From an uncultured cyanobacterium (lineage in GTDB: Bacteria; Cyanobacteriota; Cyanobacteriia; Cyanobacteriales; Nostocaceae): a stretch of DNA of 64,000 nt. A program made the translations under genes and the position numbers. Positions 27,866 to 37,984 of the stretch are shown here, one piece after another (the stretch's first letter is position 1; each line of letters begins with the position of its first letter). Location of the stretch: positions 128,001 to 192,000 of the forward strand of contig CAVUDP010000002.1 of the NCBI GenBank assembly GCA_963740315.1. Direction: 5' to 3'. The notes below the pieces were generated by a model. It saw nothing but the letters and a program-made list of their open reading frames with translations, was not told the DNA's origin and did not search any database.

Positions 27866-29125
27866 ATGGTGTATTCACTAAAAATAGATAAATTATCATT
27901 AGCTGAGATTAAAACCGTGATGGGAGCAGGATTACAAATTAATTGGGTTGTGGCAACGTATGCTATGCAGTTTGTGGCTTGGGGATTTCTCTCAATTTTG
28001 ATTGCTGAGGTGATTCGAGATAGCTATCATGCTGCTTGCCATCACGTACAATGGTTATCTAAATGGCATAACAAACATCATCAGGTATACAAGCGGGATT
28101 TATCGATCATTTCTCTGGAAGCTTATAAGGATTCTCAGCTTTATCACGATATTGTTGAATCGATATTGCTACTAGTTATAATCAGCGCGATCGCAATTGT
28201 TTTTCACCCGGTAGGTTTGTGGTTGGGTGTGCTTTACGCTGCGACTTTTCTTTATGGTGCGTCGTTAAGATATTTTTTAGGTAAAGTTGAAACCGACTAT
28301 ACTCATAAACCGGGAGCTTTATCCGTTATTCCTTCAACGTGGTGGGTAAATCGTACTTACCACTGGCGGCATCATTTTGATGACGTAAACGCTTATTATA
28401 GTGGTGTATTTCCCTTGGTAGATAAAATTTTGGGTACGGCACTTTCACTAAAAGGTAAAACCGTTGCGATAACCGGAGCATCCGGTACATTAGGACAAGC
28501 TTTAACAACCGAGTTGATTGCTAATAACGCCAAAGTTGTGGCATTAACTACCAATCCCGAAAAAATTGTTGAACAACCCAAACTAAGTGTAATACCTTGG
28601 GAATCGGGTAAAGAAGAAGAATTGCGATCGCGCTTACAAAAAGTTGATATTTTAATTATTAACCACGGCATAAATGTTCATGGTAGCCGCACATCCTCCG
28701 ATATTAATAAATCCTTTGAAGTAAATGCATTTTCAGCGGTAAGATTAATGGACGTATTTTTCTCTACCGTTACGGGTGCGAATGATAAAGCGACAAAGGA
28801 AATTTGGATCAATACCTCGGAAGCGGAAGTTTCACCAGCTTTAAGTCCGTTATACGAATTGAGTAAAAGAACGTTAGGGAATATAATTACGTTAAAACGG
28901 TTAGATTCCCCTTGTACGATTCGTAAGTTGATATTGGGACCATTTAAAAGTCAGTTAAATCCTTATGGAGTGATGTCAGCGCGGCAAGTTGCGAAAGGGA
29001 TTGTATTTTTAGCTCGGAGAGATTTTCGCAATATTATCGTTACCATTAATCCTTTGACGTATATATTCTTTCCCATTAAAGAATTGAGTACCTGGTTGTA
29101 TTTCGTGGTTTTTAGTAAGAAATAG
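27866..29125 (+). CDS. mgdE: Fatty-acid-hydroxylase/SDR fusion, MgdE-like glucolipid epimerase
   Basis: His boxes (HAACH, HNKHH, HWRHH), then TGASGTLG, NTSEAEV and YELSK. Confidence 0.7.
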   Translation: MVYSLKIDKLSLAEIKTVMGAGLQINWVVATYAMQFVAWGFLSILIAEVIRDSYHAACHHVQWLSKWHNKHHQVYKRDLSIISLEAYKDSQLYHDIVESILLLVIISAIAIVFHPVGLWLGVLYAATFLYGASLRYFLGKVETDYTHKPGALSVIPSTWWVNRTYHWRHHFDDVNAYYSGVFPLVDKILGTALSLKGKTVAITGASGTLGQALTTELIANNAKVVALTTNPEKIVEQPKLSVIPWESGKEEELRSRLQKVDILIINHGINVHGSRTSSDINKSFEVNAFSAVRLMDVFFSTVTGANDKATKEIWINTSEAEVSPALSPLYELSKRTLGNIITLKRLDSPCTIRKLILGPFKSQLNPYGVMSARQVAKGIVFLARRDFRNIIVTINPLTYIFFPIKELSTWLYFVVFSKK

Positions 29126-29220
29126 GAATTGGGGATTGGGGATTGGGATAATCCACCAGAAGTAATCTCCCGTCTAATAATGAATTCCCAGGAACTTATA
29201 GCCAAAGTCCGATCGATTTC

Positions 29221-29296
29221 ACATCTTGCACCATTCTCAAAACCCCCTTGGAATAAATTCCCAGAACCCATAGCAAAGTCGTCTAAAGACGACTGA
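29221..29296 (-). repeat. Dispersed palindromic element homologous to the 105-bp tandem unit
   Basis: Reverse complement reads TCAGTCGTCTTTAGACGACTTTGCTAT...CTGGGAATTTATTCCAAGG...GGTGCAAGATGT, matching the unit at 18538-18933. Confidence 0.8.
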
Positions 29297-29654
29297 GGAG
29301 CAAATAAGAGTGCGTTTTAACTGGTTCCCAGTCTCTGGCTGGGAACCCATTACTAAAGGCTCCGCCTCAAATGCAGATTACTCCTATCCCGCTCCCGATT
29401 GTCTCTCTTACCTCTTTTCTCAGCGCTCTCTGCGTCTAGTAAGGTTTTTTAAAATCAGTAATTTTCTGCGAGAAGAGATTAGCATCCGATCTTCCTAAAT
29501 TTATCTCCTTAGAGGGATTTTATTTTTTAAGCATCTATGTAAAAATCTTCAAGTGCAAATTTTATCTGATACCTCATTACTGCATAACTAGCAACTTGGG
29601 TCATCTATTATAAATATATAGATATAGTACTTAAATATAAAAACATAGAAGGCG

Positions 29655-31484
29655 ATGAACGCTGAAAATCCCGTAAAAACTATATTGGTACTATCAGCGA
29701 ATCCCAAAGGCACAAAACCACTGCGCTTGGATGAGGAAATTCGTGAAATTGAGCAAGGGTTACAAAGATCGAAAAAACGGGACAGTTTTACGTTTAAGTC
29801 GGGACAAGCAGTACGTGACTTCGATATTCACCGCTCTATTTTAGATTACGAACCCCAGATTATTCATTTTTCAGGACATGGTACGGGTGAATCAGGCTTA
29901 GTATTTGAAGATAACATTGGACAACAAAAGCTAGTAGATGCACAAGCATTAGCTGGACTATTTGAATTGTTCGCAGAGCAAATAGAGTGTGTAGTACTCA
30001 ATGCTTGCTATTCCGAAATTCAAGCGGTTGCGATCGCCAAACATATTGATTATGTTATCGGCATGAGTAAGCAAGTTGGAGATGCAGCCGCGATTAAATT
30101 TGCTGTGGGATTTTATGATGCTCTTGGTGCTGGAAAAGATTTTGAATTTGCATATAAACTTGGTTGTGCTGCTATCCGCATGGCTGGAATTCCAGAGCAT
30201 TTGACACCCCAACTGTTGAAAAAACAAGATTTTTCTGAAGAGAATATAGATATTACTCCTTTACCCACTTCACCTTTAAAGGATGCTCGCAATACAACCG
30301 TTATTTCTCCACCTGCATCATCAACTACTCCCCTTGTACCCACACAAGAAAAACCTAATATTGCTCAATATCGTCAAAAAGTTGAAGAATATGCTTCTGA
30401 TGGTGTGATTTCTGAGATCGAATCTCATATATTAAGTAATTTACAGAAAAGACTAGGATTAACGGATGAACAAGCCAGTGAAATCCAAAAAGAAGTATTA
30501 GAACCCTATGAGATTTACAAGCAACAATTTAACAAGAAAGTAGCTCAAGGATATCCACTGAGGGAAAAAGTTAAAGCAGAATTAAAGAAGTTGCAAATCT
30601 ACTACAAGATTAAAGACGAATATATAAATTTACTAAATCAGGAAGCCGAACAAATAATTCAAACACAGCCATTTGAATTTGAGACAGCTACCCTGGGGAA
30701 AAATTTCCAAATTAACCGCAGTCGTGGAAGAGCCGAGTCTTTTCAAGAAGATTTAGGTAATGGTGTATTCTTAGAAATGGTGAAAATCCCTGGTGGTGTT
30801 TTCCTCATGGGTTCCCCGGAAAGTGAGCTAGAACGATACGATAATGAAAGTCCCCAGCACAAAGTCAATATTCAACCCTTCTTCATGGGTAAATTCCAAG
30901 TTACCCAAAAACAGTATGAAGTAATTATGGGTGAAAATCCCTCCTACTTCAAAGGTGAAAAAAAACCTGTGGAAAAAATAACTTGGGATAATGCGGTGGA
31001 GTTTTGTTGTAGGATATCTAAGAGAACTGGAAAAACCTATCGCTTGCCTAGCGAAGCTGAATGGGAATATGCTTGTCGGGCTGGAACGACTACGCCATTC
31101 CACTTTGGTGAAACCATTACAACTGAGCTAGTGAATTACAAAGGGAATTACACCTATGGTTCTGCACCCAAAGGTGAATATCAAGAACAAACCACAGATG
31201 TTGGTAGCTTCCCTGCAAATGCCTTTGGATTGTATGATATGCATGGGAATGTGTTGGAGTGGTGTCAAGATAGTTGGCATGAAAATTATCAAGGAGCGCC
31301 AACTGATGGTACTGCTTGGGTAACTAATGATAATGATAAGAATTATCCTCGGCTGCTGCGTGGCGGTTCCTGGTACTACTTTCCGTTGAACTGCCGTTGT
31401 GCGTTTCGCTACAGGGACGGGCGTGTCGTCAGGTTCAGCGGCATTGGGTTTCGGGTTGTTTTCGTTTCCCCCAAGGCTTCTTAG
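29655..31484 (+). CDS. CHAT-like peptidase + helical linker + FGE-sulfatase domain; probable remote DGR target
   Basis: ILVLSANP, LRLDEEIREI, HFSGHG and VVLNACYS; FGE motifs RLPSEAEWEYACRAG and RGGSW...GFRVV. Confidence 0.88.
   Translation: MNAENPVKTILVLSANPKGTKPLRLDEEIREIEQGLQRSKKRDSFTFKSGQAVRDFDIHRSILDYEPQIIHFSGHGTGESGLVFEDNIGQQKLVDAQALAGLFELFAEQIECVVLNACYSEIQAVAIAKHIDYVIGMSKQVGDAAAIKFAVGFYDALGAGKDFEFAYKLGCAAIRMAGIPEHLTPQLLKKQDFSEENIDITPLPTSPLKDARNTTVISPPASSTTPLVPTQEKPNIAQYRQKVEEYASDGVISEIESHILSNLQKRLGLTDEQASEIQKEVLEPYEIYKQQFNKKVAQGYPLREKVKAELKKLQIYYKIKDEYINLLNQEAEQIIQTQPFEFETATLGKNFQINRSRGRAESFQEDLGNGVFLEMVKIPGGVFLMGSPESELERYDNESPQHKVNIQPFFMGKFQVTQKQYEVIMGENPSYFKGEKKPVEKITWDNAVEFCCRISKRTGKTYRLPSEAEWEYACRAGTTTPFHFGETITTELVNYKGNYTYGSAPKGEYQEQTTDVGSFPANAFGLYDMHGNVLEWCQDSWHENYQGAPTDGTAWVTNDNDKNYPRLLRGGSWYYFPLNCRCAFRYRDGRVVRFSGIGFRVVFVSPKAS
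31359..31484 (+). other. DGR variable region VR2
   Basis: TGG TAC TAC TTT CCG TTG AAC ... CGC TAC AGG GAC GGG CGT GTC GTC AGG TTC AGC GGC ATT: C-ending variable codons, same spacing as VR1, and a shared 3' TCTTAGCCCTT. Confidence 0.65.
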
Positions 31485-31512
31485 CCCTTAGTTGTAGGTT
31501 GGGTTGAGCGAT

Positions 31513-32136
31513 TTAAACACCAAGCACTTCTTTAGCAGTTAGCTTCAAATCTGGGAATAATTTTGATTCAATTATTTCGTCTCCCCTGTAAGCTTTTTTA
31601 ATATATTCCGACTCATTATCCAACAAGCAAACGGTTACGGTAGGTTGCTTTGGATTACCTGTAAATTCCTTTCCACCCAAACCTAAATAGTCCAATATCC
31701 AATATTCCGGTATCCCAACACCCGAATATTCACCGTATTTTTTATAATAATCGTCTCTCCAATTTGTACTAACTACTTCTACTACCAAAGGTATGAATTT
31801 TGCGAGAGTAACTGTTGAATAGTCATCCCAGTAAGGTTCGTTGTCTAAGTTATCTAAATTTAGCAGTAATATATCTGGTAGATAAGCAGCTTCACTAAAC
31901 GCAGATTTTATTAAAGCTTTCGATGGGATGCCGTAAGGTAAATTAAGTCTTTTAAATTCCAGCGTCAAATTACCGCTAACTACAGAAACAACAATTTCAT
32001 GCTTACCTTTCGGCTGTGCAATTTCTACTAACACCCCATCATGTAATTCCCATAGTGCTTCTGAAGGCTTTTGTTTGATAAACTTTTCAAATGTTAAATA
32101 CTCAGCTAGTGGCTGAATTATTTTTGTTTGAGCCAT
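31513..32136 (-). CDS. Uma2-family (PD-(D/E)XK) endonuclease
   Basis: ELHDG, YLPDI, PLVVEVVSTNWRDDY and GIPEYWILD. Confidence 0.9.
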   Translation of the reverse strand: MAQTKIIQPLAEYLTFEKFIKQKPSEALWELHDGVLVEIAQPKGKHEIVVSVVSGNLTLEFKRLNLPYGIPSKALIKSAFSEAAYLPDILLLNLDNLDNEPYWDDYSTVTLAKFIPLVVEVVSTNWRDDYYKKYGEYSGVGIPEYWILDYLGLGGKEFTGNPKQPTVTVCLLDNESEYIKKAYRGDEIIESKLFPDLKLTAKEVLGV

Positions 32137-32510
32137 TCGATTTTAGATTTTAATCCTAAAGCTTAAGTCTTTCCCTACAATACATGATCCGCGATGGATG
32201 GACTATAAACCAATGTCAAGGGCGAAAAAGATCGCAGCAGATGCTTTTTGACTATCCATACAGAGTTGGGTTGCACCTCCTCGAACATGGTGATACTTAG
32301 CGATTACAACAAAACCAATATGATGTTGGGTTTCGTTCCTCAACCCAACCTACGCACTCACAATCTGCTCCATTACGCAGTTATAGTACAACCCCTCATA
32401 TTTATTCTCTGACAAGGGTAAAATATTATCTAGTATAAATGTGGAAATTACGGTTGCTTTATTGTAGGATGGCGATCGATGCATCTATAATCGATCGAAT
32501 TATTCGAGCT

Positions 32511-32915
32511 ATGACAACGATCGCAACTTCAAATATTCAGCTAACTATTTCCCTATCGGAACTGGATTTAGATGAGGAAGAGTTACAAGCACAAGTAGAA
32601 AATTTGCTACCTCAGATTCGAGAAGTAGATGGGGTAGAAGATGCGGGTTTAGTAGAGGTAACTGAAGTACCCGAAAGTTCTAAATCTCTAACTGGCTACG
32701 CTTTAGGGATGTTAAAAACAGTCCTAGATAAAGAACATCTGAAAAATGTTTTTGGTTTTTTGCGCGATCGTTTTGCTGGTAAACCTGAAACAATTAAGCT
32801 GTTACTCAAAGCTCCCGACGGTAGGGAATTAAATTTAGAAGCGAGCAATGAAGAGGATTTTGCATCGGCGATGCAATTAGCAGAAAATTTTCTCAACAAT
32901 ACCAAAAGTATTTAG
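32511..32915 (+). CDS. Small protein upstream of caspase, EACC1-like
   Basis: DEEELQAQVENLLPQIREV...VPESSKS...IKL architecture; 16 bp upstream of the caspase gene. Confidence 0.6.
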   Translation: MTTIATSNIQLTISLSELDLDEEELQAQVENLLPQIREVDGVEDAGLVEVTEVPESSKSLTGYALGMLKTVLDKEHLKNVFGFLRDRFAGKPETIKLLLKAPDGRELNLEASNEEDFASAMQLAENFLNNTKSI

Positions 32916-32931
32916 TCTAAAGGGTGGCAAG

Positions 32932-34947
32932 ATGGCGAAGGTAGCTCTACTGATTGGGATAAGTGAATATCAACCGGGATTAAACCCTTTACCGGCTGCT
33001 GTTGAAGATGTGGAAGCGATGCGGCGTGTTTTGGGAAACCCGGAAATGGGTGGTTTTGCGGATGATGATATTACGGTGTTGAAAAATCCTCTACCGCAAG
33101 ATATTAGAATTGCTATCTACAATCTATTTACTAATCGTCACAAGGATGACTTACTATTATTTTACTTCTCCGGTCATGGAATTAAAGATGAGAGGGGCAA
33201 TCTATATTTTTCCAGCCGCGATACTAGAAAAGACAATGGTAGGTTGGTAACGCCTTCAGCCGTTGCAGCTAGAACTTTACACGACAATATCAATGATAGC
33301 CGCTCCCAAAGACAGGTAATTATTTTAGACTGCTGTTTTAGTGGTGCGATCGCCAGTGGAATGACACTCAAAGATGATGGTAGCGTTAACGTACAAGAGC
33401 AGTTAGGCGGTAAGGGCAGGGCAATTCTTACTTCTTCTACTTCAACTCAATATTCTTTTGAGCAACAAGGCTATTCGTTATCAGTTTACACTCGCTATTT
33501 GGTGGAAGGTATCAAGACTGGTGCGGCGGATACAGATGGGGATGGTTATATAAGCATTGATGAGTTGCACGAATATGCGAAGAATAAGGTGCAAGAAGTA
33601 TCTCCAGCTATGACTCCGGAATTCTACCCGGTAAAAGAAGGACATAAAATTATATTGGCAAAGTCGCGCCTGGACGATCCTAAGTTAATATATCGTCAAG
33701 AATTAGAACGTCTTGCCCAAAGAAATCAGGGAAATTTGTCTAATATTGCTTTGATAATTTTAGAGGGAAAGCGCAAGGATTTGAAGATATCTCCGGAAGA
33801 GGCAACTGCAATTAAAGAAGAGGTATTGCAACCCTATCGAGAGTACGAACATAAATGTCACGAGTACGAACAAGTACTGATTAACGCAGCAAGTAAACAA
33901 TATCCATTTAGTCAAGTAATAGAGAAAGATATCAAAGATTATCAGCAATATTTTGGACTCAGAAATGAGGATATTGCTGTTATTGAAAAACGGGTTTTAA
34001 CTCCAAAGCAAGCAAAATTCCCCGCAGTAGCAACACAAGTAAAACCAGAAGTAGAATCCGGGCATACTTCACCACAAAATTTAAAGCCTGGAAAGCCTGG
34101 AATCTTTAAGTCTAGTAGAAATCTATTTGTAGGTGTTGGAGGGTTTATTGTATTAGTGCTTTTAGGATTTCTAGTAACTATTCCGAAAGAATCATTGGTA
34201 AGTTACATTAATTCAGAAAAGAAGTATTCACCTGACGATTTGGAGACAATTTTAAATCAAGTTCCCCAAATAAAGTATGCATCTCGTTTAAGAAAAATAA
34301 ATCGCCGAGTTTACGAACAAATCGATCTATCGTGGAAGAATCGTCAATCTTTTAACCACAATTTATTTTATCGTGTAATAACAGCAGGAGATGGTACTAT
34401 ATTAAGTTACCTACCTCTAGATGAATCGGCACGGAAATATATAAATCAAACTCCCATTGCCGGAGTATATCAACTAAATAATCAAACACCGATAAAAAAC
34501 GAACCCGTGGCTCAATTTCGGGTAAGATTTCTTAAAGGTGGGGTGTTAGCAATTAATCCTTGGATCGGGTATAGCTATAAAACTCCGGATTTATTTGGGA
34601 CAGAAATTACAGATGCTAATCAAATTAAAGAGTTAGGACAAAAGCTCTACAATAATATCTGGAATAACTGGGGAGGTAATCCCACATATTCACAAAACTT
34701 GAAGTATCGAGTAGCTGTGAGAAAAGATGGTGCGATCGCCGATTATGAACCACTAAATAAAGCTGCCTTTGAAAACTTCCGAAAAACACCTTTACCAAAA
34801 ATGTTTGGGGAAACTCAATCTAATATCCCAGCCTCAAATCAACAACCTTTAGCTCATTATCAAGTAATATTTTCGCGACGCTCACCCAATGGTAGATTGA
34901 AAGTTGAACCTTGGCAGGGATATCCACGAGAAGAAAGCAATGAGTAA
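32932..34947 (+). CDS. Caspase-like peptidase with TM segment and duplicated C-terminal extracytoplasmic domain
   Basis: KVALLIGISEY, YFSGHG and ILDCCFSG; TM LFVGVGGFIVLVLLGFLV; two repeats of the L.YRV....DG.I..Y.PL...A......TP type. Confidence 0.85.
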   Translation: MAKVALLIGISEYQPGLNPLPAAVEDVEAMRRVLGNPEMGGFADDDITVLKNPLPQDIRIAIYNLFTNRHKDDLLLFYFSGHGIKDERGNLYFSSRDTRKDNGRLVTPSAVAARTLHDNINDSRSQRQVIILDCCFSGAIASGMTLKDDGSVNVQEQLGGKGRAILTSSTSTQYSFEQQGYSLSVYTRYLVEGIKTGAADTDGDGYISIDELHEYAKNKVQEVSPAMTPEFYPVKEGHKIILAKSRLDDPKLIYRQELERLAQRNQGNLSNIALIILEGKRKDLKISPEEATAIKEEVLQPYREYEHKCHEYEQVLINAASKQYPFSQVIEKDIKDYQQYFGLRNEDIAVIEKRVLTPKQAKFPAVATQVKPEVESGHTSPQNLKPGKPGIFKSSRNLFVGVGGFIVLVLLGFLVTIPKESLVSYINSEKKYSPDDLETILNQVPQIKYASRLRKINRRVYEQIDLSWKNRQSFNHNLFYRVITAGDGTILSYLPLDESARKYINQTPIAGVYQLNNQTPIKNEPVAQFRVRFLKGGVLAINPWIGYSYKTPDLFGTEITDANQIKELGQKLYNNIWNNWGGNPTYSQNLKYRVAVRKDGAIADYEPLNKAAFENFRKTPLPKMFGETQSNIPASNQQPLAHYQVIFSRRSPNGRLKVEPWQGYPREESNE

Positions 34948-35025
34948 ATCAATTTTATAGATACTCCTTTCCCGGTACGATTACCGACTTAAAAAACCGC
35001 TATAGTACTCCACCACATTAATTTC

Positions 35026-35470
35026 GATCTGCAATAAGGTTCGTAGTAAGCGCTGTCTTCGCTGCGGATTTAAGGAACCAATGTCAGCAAGTAGAATCAG
35101 TAAAATTTCATGCAATAGACTACTAGTTATTTTCATTTGTTTTGATCTGCAACAAGGTTCGTAGTAAGCGCTGTCTTCGCCTCATATTACTGAATCCGGA
35201 GGGGGCTGAAGCCCTTACTACGAACCTTTGTTACCCGTCAAATTTAATGCAATCCATTACTAGTAGTCCATTTCATTTATTCTGACTGGTTGTAGAGACG
35301 TAGCACTGCTACGTCTCCCGACGTTTTGGAGAAAATGAACCTATCAAATTTAATGCAATCCATTACTAGTTTTTTTCATTTGTTTTGATGGCTAGCAAAG
35401 GTTAGTAGTTGCACTTGGGCACCTCATATTACCGAATTCGGAGGGGAACCAATGCCCTTACTACGAACCT
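35026..35470. repeat. Mosaic cluster of REP-like palindromes
   Basis: AAGGTTCGTAGTAAGCGCTGTCTTCGC occurs twice, CTACGAACCT twice and TCAAATTTAATGCAATCCATTACTAG twice, plus a GTAGAGACG REP at 35292-35317. Confidence 0.75.
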
Positions 35471-35564
35471 CTCATAACTTATGATGGTGTACTAGACGCG
35501 AGAGCCGCAGGACATACAATCGTCCTCAACATTTTGCTAAAATATTTAACATAACTTTATATTT

Positions 35565-36866
35565 ATGTTTATGAAGACAGTTGACAAGTTGAATATTGCA
35601 GAAACGACTCGATTGTTTTCTAATCTTACGTTGGATAAAAATAAGCTAATTCATCAACCGGGTAGCGTTATCGGCAGTACGGCGCTAATTGCTGGAACTA
35701 CTGTGGGTGCTGGGATTTTGGCTTTACCTGCTGTAACTTTACCAACTGGAGTTTTACCTTCTACAACTTTATTAATCGGCGTTTGGCTGTATGCTGTGGT
35801 GTCGGCTTTGCTGATTGCAGAGGTGATTTTAAACGGTATGCGTTACAGCGGACGGGCTAGTAATGGTTTGTTGGCAGTGGTAGAATCTACGCTGGGTGGA
35901 GTGGGAGCGAAGGCTACGGGTGTTGCTTATCTGTTTTATCATTATGCTTTGCTGATAGCTTATGTTTCTCAAGGTGGGAAAATTTTAATCTCTGCGGTGG
36001 AAGGAATATGGGATGTATCCGTACCTGCATGGATGGGAAGTACGGGATTTGCTTTGGTATTTGGCACTATTTTATATCTGGGAAGAGATAGATTTATTGA
36101 AAGATTAAATAGCTTTTTTGTGGCAATTGTTATCGCTTCGTTTATCGGGTTGCTAGTGTTAGGCGTTACGCAGATTCATCCGACTTCTTTGTTATCTCAA
36201 GATTGGAGGGCGCTGCCTCCCGCGTTATCAGTAATGTTAGTGGCGCTGTTTTTTCATAATATTGTGCCAGTGGTTGCGACTCAGTTGGAAGGAGATGCCA
36301 GAAAAGTTCGGCAATCGATCGTGGTGGGTTCAGCAATTCCTTTAACGATGTTTTTGTTGTGGAATGCGGTGATTTTGGGAAGCGTAACTCCGACAATGTT
36401 AGAGAATATTTCTAGTAATAGCAGTATTTTTGACCCTTTGCAAGTATTGCGTGCTGGTGATGCTGGGCAATGGTTGGGGATTTTAGTGACAGTATTTTCC
36501 GAGTTTGCGATCGCCACATCTTTTATTGGATTTTTCTACGGTTTGCGAGATTTATTTAAAGATATGAATTTGTTTGCGGATACCTCCAATTTTAGTTTAC
36601 CGTTAATATCGGTGATATTATTTCCGCCAATGGGTTTTTCTGCGATCGATCCCAACATCTTTTTTACAGCTTTGGAATATAGTGGCACATTCAGCGTTTC
36701 AATTTTGGGAGGTGTGATTCCGGCTGCGACGGCTTGGATACAGCGAGATAAATACAAAGAATTGAATCAACCGCTTGTCCCTGGTGGTAAGTTGATGTTG
36801 GTAATGACGATCGGTATTGCGTTGATGGCGATCGCTTTGGGGATTTGGGAATTGGGCATTGGGTGA
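35565..36866 (+). CDS. Tryptophan/tyrosine (HAAAP) permease
   Basis: GSTALIAGTTVGAGILALP, FHNIVP and FAIATSFIG; ~11 TM segments. Confidence 0.88.
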   Translation: MFMKTVDKLNIAETTRLFSNLTLDKNKLIHQPGSVIGSTALIAGTTVGAGILALPAVTLPTGVLPSTTLLIGVWLYAVVSALLIAEVILNGMRYSGRASNGLLAVVESTLGGVGAKATGVAYLFYHYALLIAYVSQGGKILISAVEGIWDVSVPAWMGSTGFALVFGTILYLGRDRFIERLNSFFVAIVIASFIGLLVLGVTQIHPTSLLSQDWRALPPALSVMLVALFFHNIVPVVATQLEGDARKVRQSIVVGSAIPLTMFLLWNAVILGSVTPTMLENISSNSSIFDPLQVLRAGDAGQWLGILVTVFSEFAIATSFIGFFYGLRDLFKDMNLFADTSNFSLPLISVILFPPMGFSAIDPNIFFTALEYSGTFSVSILGGVIPAATAWIQRDKYKELNQPLVPGGKLMLVMTIGIALMAIALGIWELGIG

Positions 36867-36908
36867 AAATAATTGAATTTATAGTAGTAAGTAGGTTAAT
36901 TCTGCATA

Positions 36909-37916
36909 TTAATCATCCCAAATCGGCAATTGATTAACTTTATCTAACAATAAACCAACATAAGTATTTTCAGTATTATCAACCGTCGCGGTACTAAAAT
37001 AACCATACTTACCATCATGAGTGTGGGAACCAGTTTCAATAACTTGATAACGCCCCTGCCGTACAGCTTGAATAAAAGGAGAATCAATCGTGATAGACCA
37101 GCGATCGGCGAATATAATTTTAGTAACATCTTCAACCCAATCTCTACTACCTCGCAGGTGATATACTTTTTCAACTTTATTAAAGCCCGTTTCGCCATCG
37201 AAACTACCACCGATGGAAACGACTATTAACCGTGTATTTAACCAGTTATATAAATATTCCGCAGCACCTAAAGATACTTGCGCCCCGCCACTGGTACCGA
37301 TAAGAATAATTTCGATTGGTTGCGGCGATTGAGGATTCAAAGGAGATACAGCGTTCATACGTTCTGCGATCGCTTTGGCAATTCCCAAGTTATAAACCGA
37401 ACCATAGCGGCTATCGGTAGAAATCGCGAATCGCCACAGATTACGAATTTTAATCAAGACATCTGCATTCTTCAACCAACCTTGCCCTTTGGAAGCAAAA
37501 CGCCATACAGGTGCAAAAAAACGCTGTCCCCCCAAACTTTCATTTGCTGCTGAGTAGGGAAATACATCGTCTACAATTGCACATTGAGGATGAAGCTTTG
37601 CTAATTGATTGAGAAAAATTTCTTCTCCAGGAGTCAATTCGTTAGCGGAAAAGTCCCCGACTCCGGGTAGAAAGATGATATAACAGTGTTTTTCTCCGAC
37701 GTTTTTTATATTAAAATTATTTTTAATTAAATCTTGAGTTGGATTTTTATCCAATCCTAAAGCTTGACTGCTCGTACTCAACCACCACGACAAAGTACCC
37801 ACGGGAGCAATAATTCCCCAGATAATTAATAATATACCCGCGAAAATTAGTAATTTTAAAGTTTCACCTCGCAGCCATTCTAAAATTCGTTCAATAACTT
37901 TGATAAGTTTTAACAT
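36909..37916 (-). CDS. Hypothetical membrane-anchored alpha/beta-hydrolase-like protein
   Basis: IFLPGVG and IGTSGG nucleophile-elbow-like motif; N-terminal TM segment. Confidence 0.6.
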   Translation of the reverse strand: MLKLIKVIERILEWLRGETLKLLIFAGILLIIWGIIAPVGTLSWWLSTSSQALGLDKNPTQDLIKNNFNIKNVGEKHCYIIFLPGVGDFSANELTPGEEIFLNQLAKLHPQCAIVDDVFPYSAANESLGGQRFFAPVWRFASKGQGWLKNADVLIKIRNLWRFAISTDSRYGSVYNLGIAKAIAERMNAVSPLNPQSPQPIEIILIGTSGGAQVSLGAAEYLYNWLNTRLIVVSIGGSFDGETGFNKVEKVYHLRGSRDWVEDVTKIIFADRWSITIDSPFIQAVRQGRYQVIETGSHTHDGKYGYFSTATVDNTENTYVGLLLDKVNQLPIWDD

Positions 37917-37984
37917 TTTTAATATTGCACATTCGACAATACTCGATTATATTCAAATTTTTAACCAATGTAAGCACGATCGTT

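Noticed and set aside
28963..29498. Small ORFs downstream of mgdE
   Set aside because: Composed of STRR and dispersed palindromic repeats; unlikely to be coding.
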